Made by a program: the position numbers and the translations under genes. The notes under the pieces were generated by a model, which made no database searches, was not told the origin of the DNA, and saw only the letters and a list, made by a program, of their open reading frames with translations. Shown here one piece after another: positions 62,119-64,000 of a DNA stretch of 64,000 nt (its first letter is position 1; each line of letters begins with the position of its first letter). The stretch lies in the sequence record OQ427096.1. One strand, given 5' to 3'.

Positions 62119-62757
62119 TCAACCGCCGAGGTTGGTCCCGGCATTCTGTGCTCTCTGATTGTCGGCACTCGATCCGATCTGTACCCAACGTCGGTATTGA
62201 AGTGTTGTGGTGACAGTCTGATAGGTACCTGAGTTACCGTAGGCAATGTCCATGGCGCCAACGGCAATCGGATAAGCCTCCTCGAGTCGAACACCATAGG
62301 TCGGCTGGTCCATCTCATTCAAGTTCCACATCTCCACATTGGCTGTGAACTCGTTGTAGAAATTGAGCGTGTTGGAACGCACATTGATGACGGTGTTCTG
62401 CCATAGGTCGAAGTATCTACGGGTGTCTGCATCAGCATCAGCGTAGAAGGAGAACGTCACAGGATCGTATGCCTGAGTATAAGGAACACGGAACGATGAG
62501 CTGTTCTGTGCGCGCTCACTCGTCACCAGATTGCGCTGCGGGAAGTTAGCCGTATGGCACTTGATGTTGATCGAACCGATGCCATTGAAACGTGCTTCCT
62601 CCAACTGAAGGCGTCCGCGGCGTACTCGTGCATCAATGAAATCAGCACTGCCACTCACACCCTCAGGCAGCACAAATCGGATAAGGTACTTGTTCGGTCT
62701 CATCACTCCGCGTTGGAAGTGAGAGAGGAACTTCATATAAAGGGTCTCGTTACTCAT
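62119..62757 (-). CDS. baseplate/tail-tube initiator (T4 gp54-like)
   Basis: G..RPNKY.I.F, C.TANFP, PY...YDPVTFSFY.D, F..WQ..V, AYPIAVG. Confidence 0.75.
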   Translation of the reverse strand: MSNETLYMKFLSHFQRGVMRPNKYLIRFVLPEGVSGSADFIDARVRRGRLQLEEARFNGIGSINIKCHTANFPQRNLVTSERAQNSSSFRVPYTQAYDPVTFSFYADADADTRRYFDLWQNTVINVRSNTLNFYNEFTANVEMWNLNEMDQPTYGVRLEEAYPIAVGAMDIAYGNSGTYQTVTTTLQYRRWVQIGSSADNQRAQNAGTNLGG

Positions 62758-63359
62758 GCCAGTCCTGTCTTACGCCATACCTGGCGGGCTGTCTGTTTCT
62801 CAAATTGCTGTAGTGGAAGCATCGCTACCTCTTCCCAGTACTCGTCCGATACCTGTACCAAACGTGATGTGACGTGTGATGCAAGATAGCGATGAACACA
62901 TGGTGCGAAGTATTTCGATTTCACGACGTTCTTAAGGAGCTTATAGGACACAGCCATATAAGCCTTGTCGGTTCCGGCACGCTTACGATACTCGATGAGC
63001 TTATCCATCAGCTTCGCACGCATCACGGGTGGTAGGTAATGAAGGTTGAGCCCAAGCCATCCGTCGGAATACATCTCGACAGGAATCACACAGGGCACAG
63101 TATCATACCAAGGCAGTACATCTTTGTACTTCGGGTCATAGGTATAGATGAACATGCCACCAATGAAGGTAGATGAATTGCGCTTGGCACCAAAGGCCTC
63201 TTCAGGAACTTTCGCACGCTTGAGCTTGGACTTTGCCATGGTATAGAACCATTCGATTGCCTTCGCCGTACGCTTACGATCATGAAGGATCAGCTTTTGC
63301 TCGATGGTCTTTTTAGGCTGGGCGCCCGTTCTATTTGCAGTCTTCTTTACAGTAGCCAT
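62754..63359 (-). CDS. DNA end protector (T4 gp2-like)
   Basis: YDPKYKDVLPWYD..P, GWLGLNLHYLPP..R, PC.HRYL.SHV. Confidence 0.92.
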   Translation of the reverse strand: MATVKKTANRTGAQPKKTIEQKLILHDRKRTAKAIEWFYTMAKSKLKRAKVPEEAFGAKRNSSTFIGGMFIYTYDPKYKDVLPWYDTVPCVIPVEMYSDGWLGLNLHYLPPVMRAKLMDKLIEYRKRAGTDKAYMAVSYKLLKNVVKSKYFAPCVHRYLASHVTSRLVQVSDEYWEEVAMLPLQQFEKQTARQVWRKTGLA

Positions 63360-63362
63360 ATG

Positions 63363-63818
63363 TTACTTCCTTTTGGCAATGCCTAAATCGTATTCGGTCA
63401 TCACCTTGAATTCCATGCCATGCTTCTCTGCATAGGCCCTCGCGGCAGTCCACTTATCCTGATTTACTTGATAGGTAACGCACTCCTCAAGATAACGCTC
63501 AGGCTTCTTCCTTCCCTTTGTAGGAGCGATAGTCTGGGACTCAGGTTTGATCTCAATCAGCATAGTCTTTAAGGAACCATCAGACATCTTCAATTGAATG
63601 ATATAGTCAACGAAATAGCGACGGTTCTTACACTCAGCCGAGGAATAATAGGGAATGACGATCTCCTCACTGTTCCACTTTACTACGGAAGGATTGAGGT
63701 CACACCATCTATTGAAGCGAAGTTCCCAGGAAGAACGATACACCACATCATTAGCATTGCCTACGTACTTTTCAGGATGAAGTAGGCGATAGCGACCCTG
63801 TTGATACTTGCGTGCCAT
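63363..63818 (-). CDS. head completion nuclease (T4 gp4-like)
   Basis: KYVG....VYRSSWE, W.SEE..IPY, RYFVD, IEIKP..Q, NQDKW.AA. Confidence 0.95.
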   Translation of the reverse strand: MARKYQQGRYRLLHPEKYVGNANDVVYRSSWELRFNRWCDLNPSVVKWNSEEIVIPYYSSAECKNRRYFVDYIIQLKMSDGSLKTMLIEIKPESQTIAPTKGRKKPERYLEECVTYQVNQDKWTAARAYAEKHGMEFKVMTEYDLGIAKRK

Positions 63819-64000
63819 TGTTAAATCACTCGTTTAGGAAGCTGCATAGGGATTCAGCTATAAGTTGATAATCTCGGTTGAAAACAGGCTAAGAATTGTG
63901 TGAAAGAAACACCATAGCCGAAGGCACCTGCCTTTTCACCTGGATTAAATATCTGTAGACTTCTATATTTAGGCATACGATTGTGGCACGCCAACGATCA

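Noticed and set aside
1-64000. CRISPR array, integrase, transposase or IS
   Set aside because: No regularly spaced repeat-spacer units or recombinase/transposase motifs seen; the repeats found are tRNA motifs and fibre-coding repeats

Overview
This is a 64-kb segment of a large lytic, T4-superfamily tailed phage. Evidence: split type II topoisomerase (gp39+60-like, gp52-like), gp2/gp4/gp54-like virion genes and TATAAATA late promoters. The host cannot be fixed from sequence alone. 1-11.3 kb: a dense + strand array of about 42 tRNA or tRNA-like genes with encoded CCA. It is interleaved with many unannotated structured RNAs: a YrlA-like Y RNA (~706-838), a type I hammerhead ribozyme (~1840-1925) directly upstream of an ~840-nt GOLLD-like RNA (~1920-2760), tRNAs with rebuilt architectures (D-armless, 130-nt D-loop insert, extra-long V arm) and four non-tRNA hairpin RNAs ending in NCCA. 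11.3-42 kb: early/middle accessory genes, including topoisomerase II, Pnk, ThyX-like, QueD, NADAR, Rnl2-type ligase, phosphoesterases and two small paralogous membrane/exported protein families. 42.8-54 kb: late module with tail fibres, GH19 endolysin and SleB hydrolase. 54-61 kb: Rnl1, a second early block and a CCA-adding enzyme. 61-64 kb: minus-strand gp54/gp2/gp4-like genes. The strongest candidate for an undescribed system is a phage tRNA-mimic/decoy RNA locus coupled to a full tRNA end-healing and sealing toolkit (Pnk, Rnl1, Rnl2, CCA-adding enzyme). All calls come from manual reading and motif recognition; no database search or folding program was run, and gene starts are best estimates.
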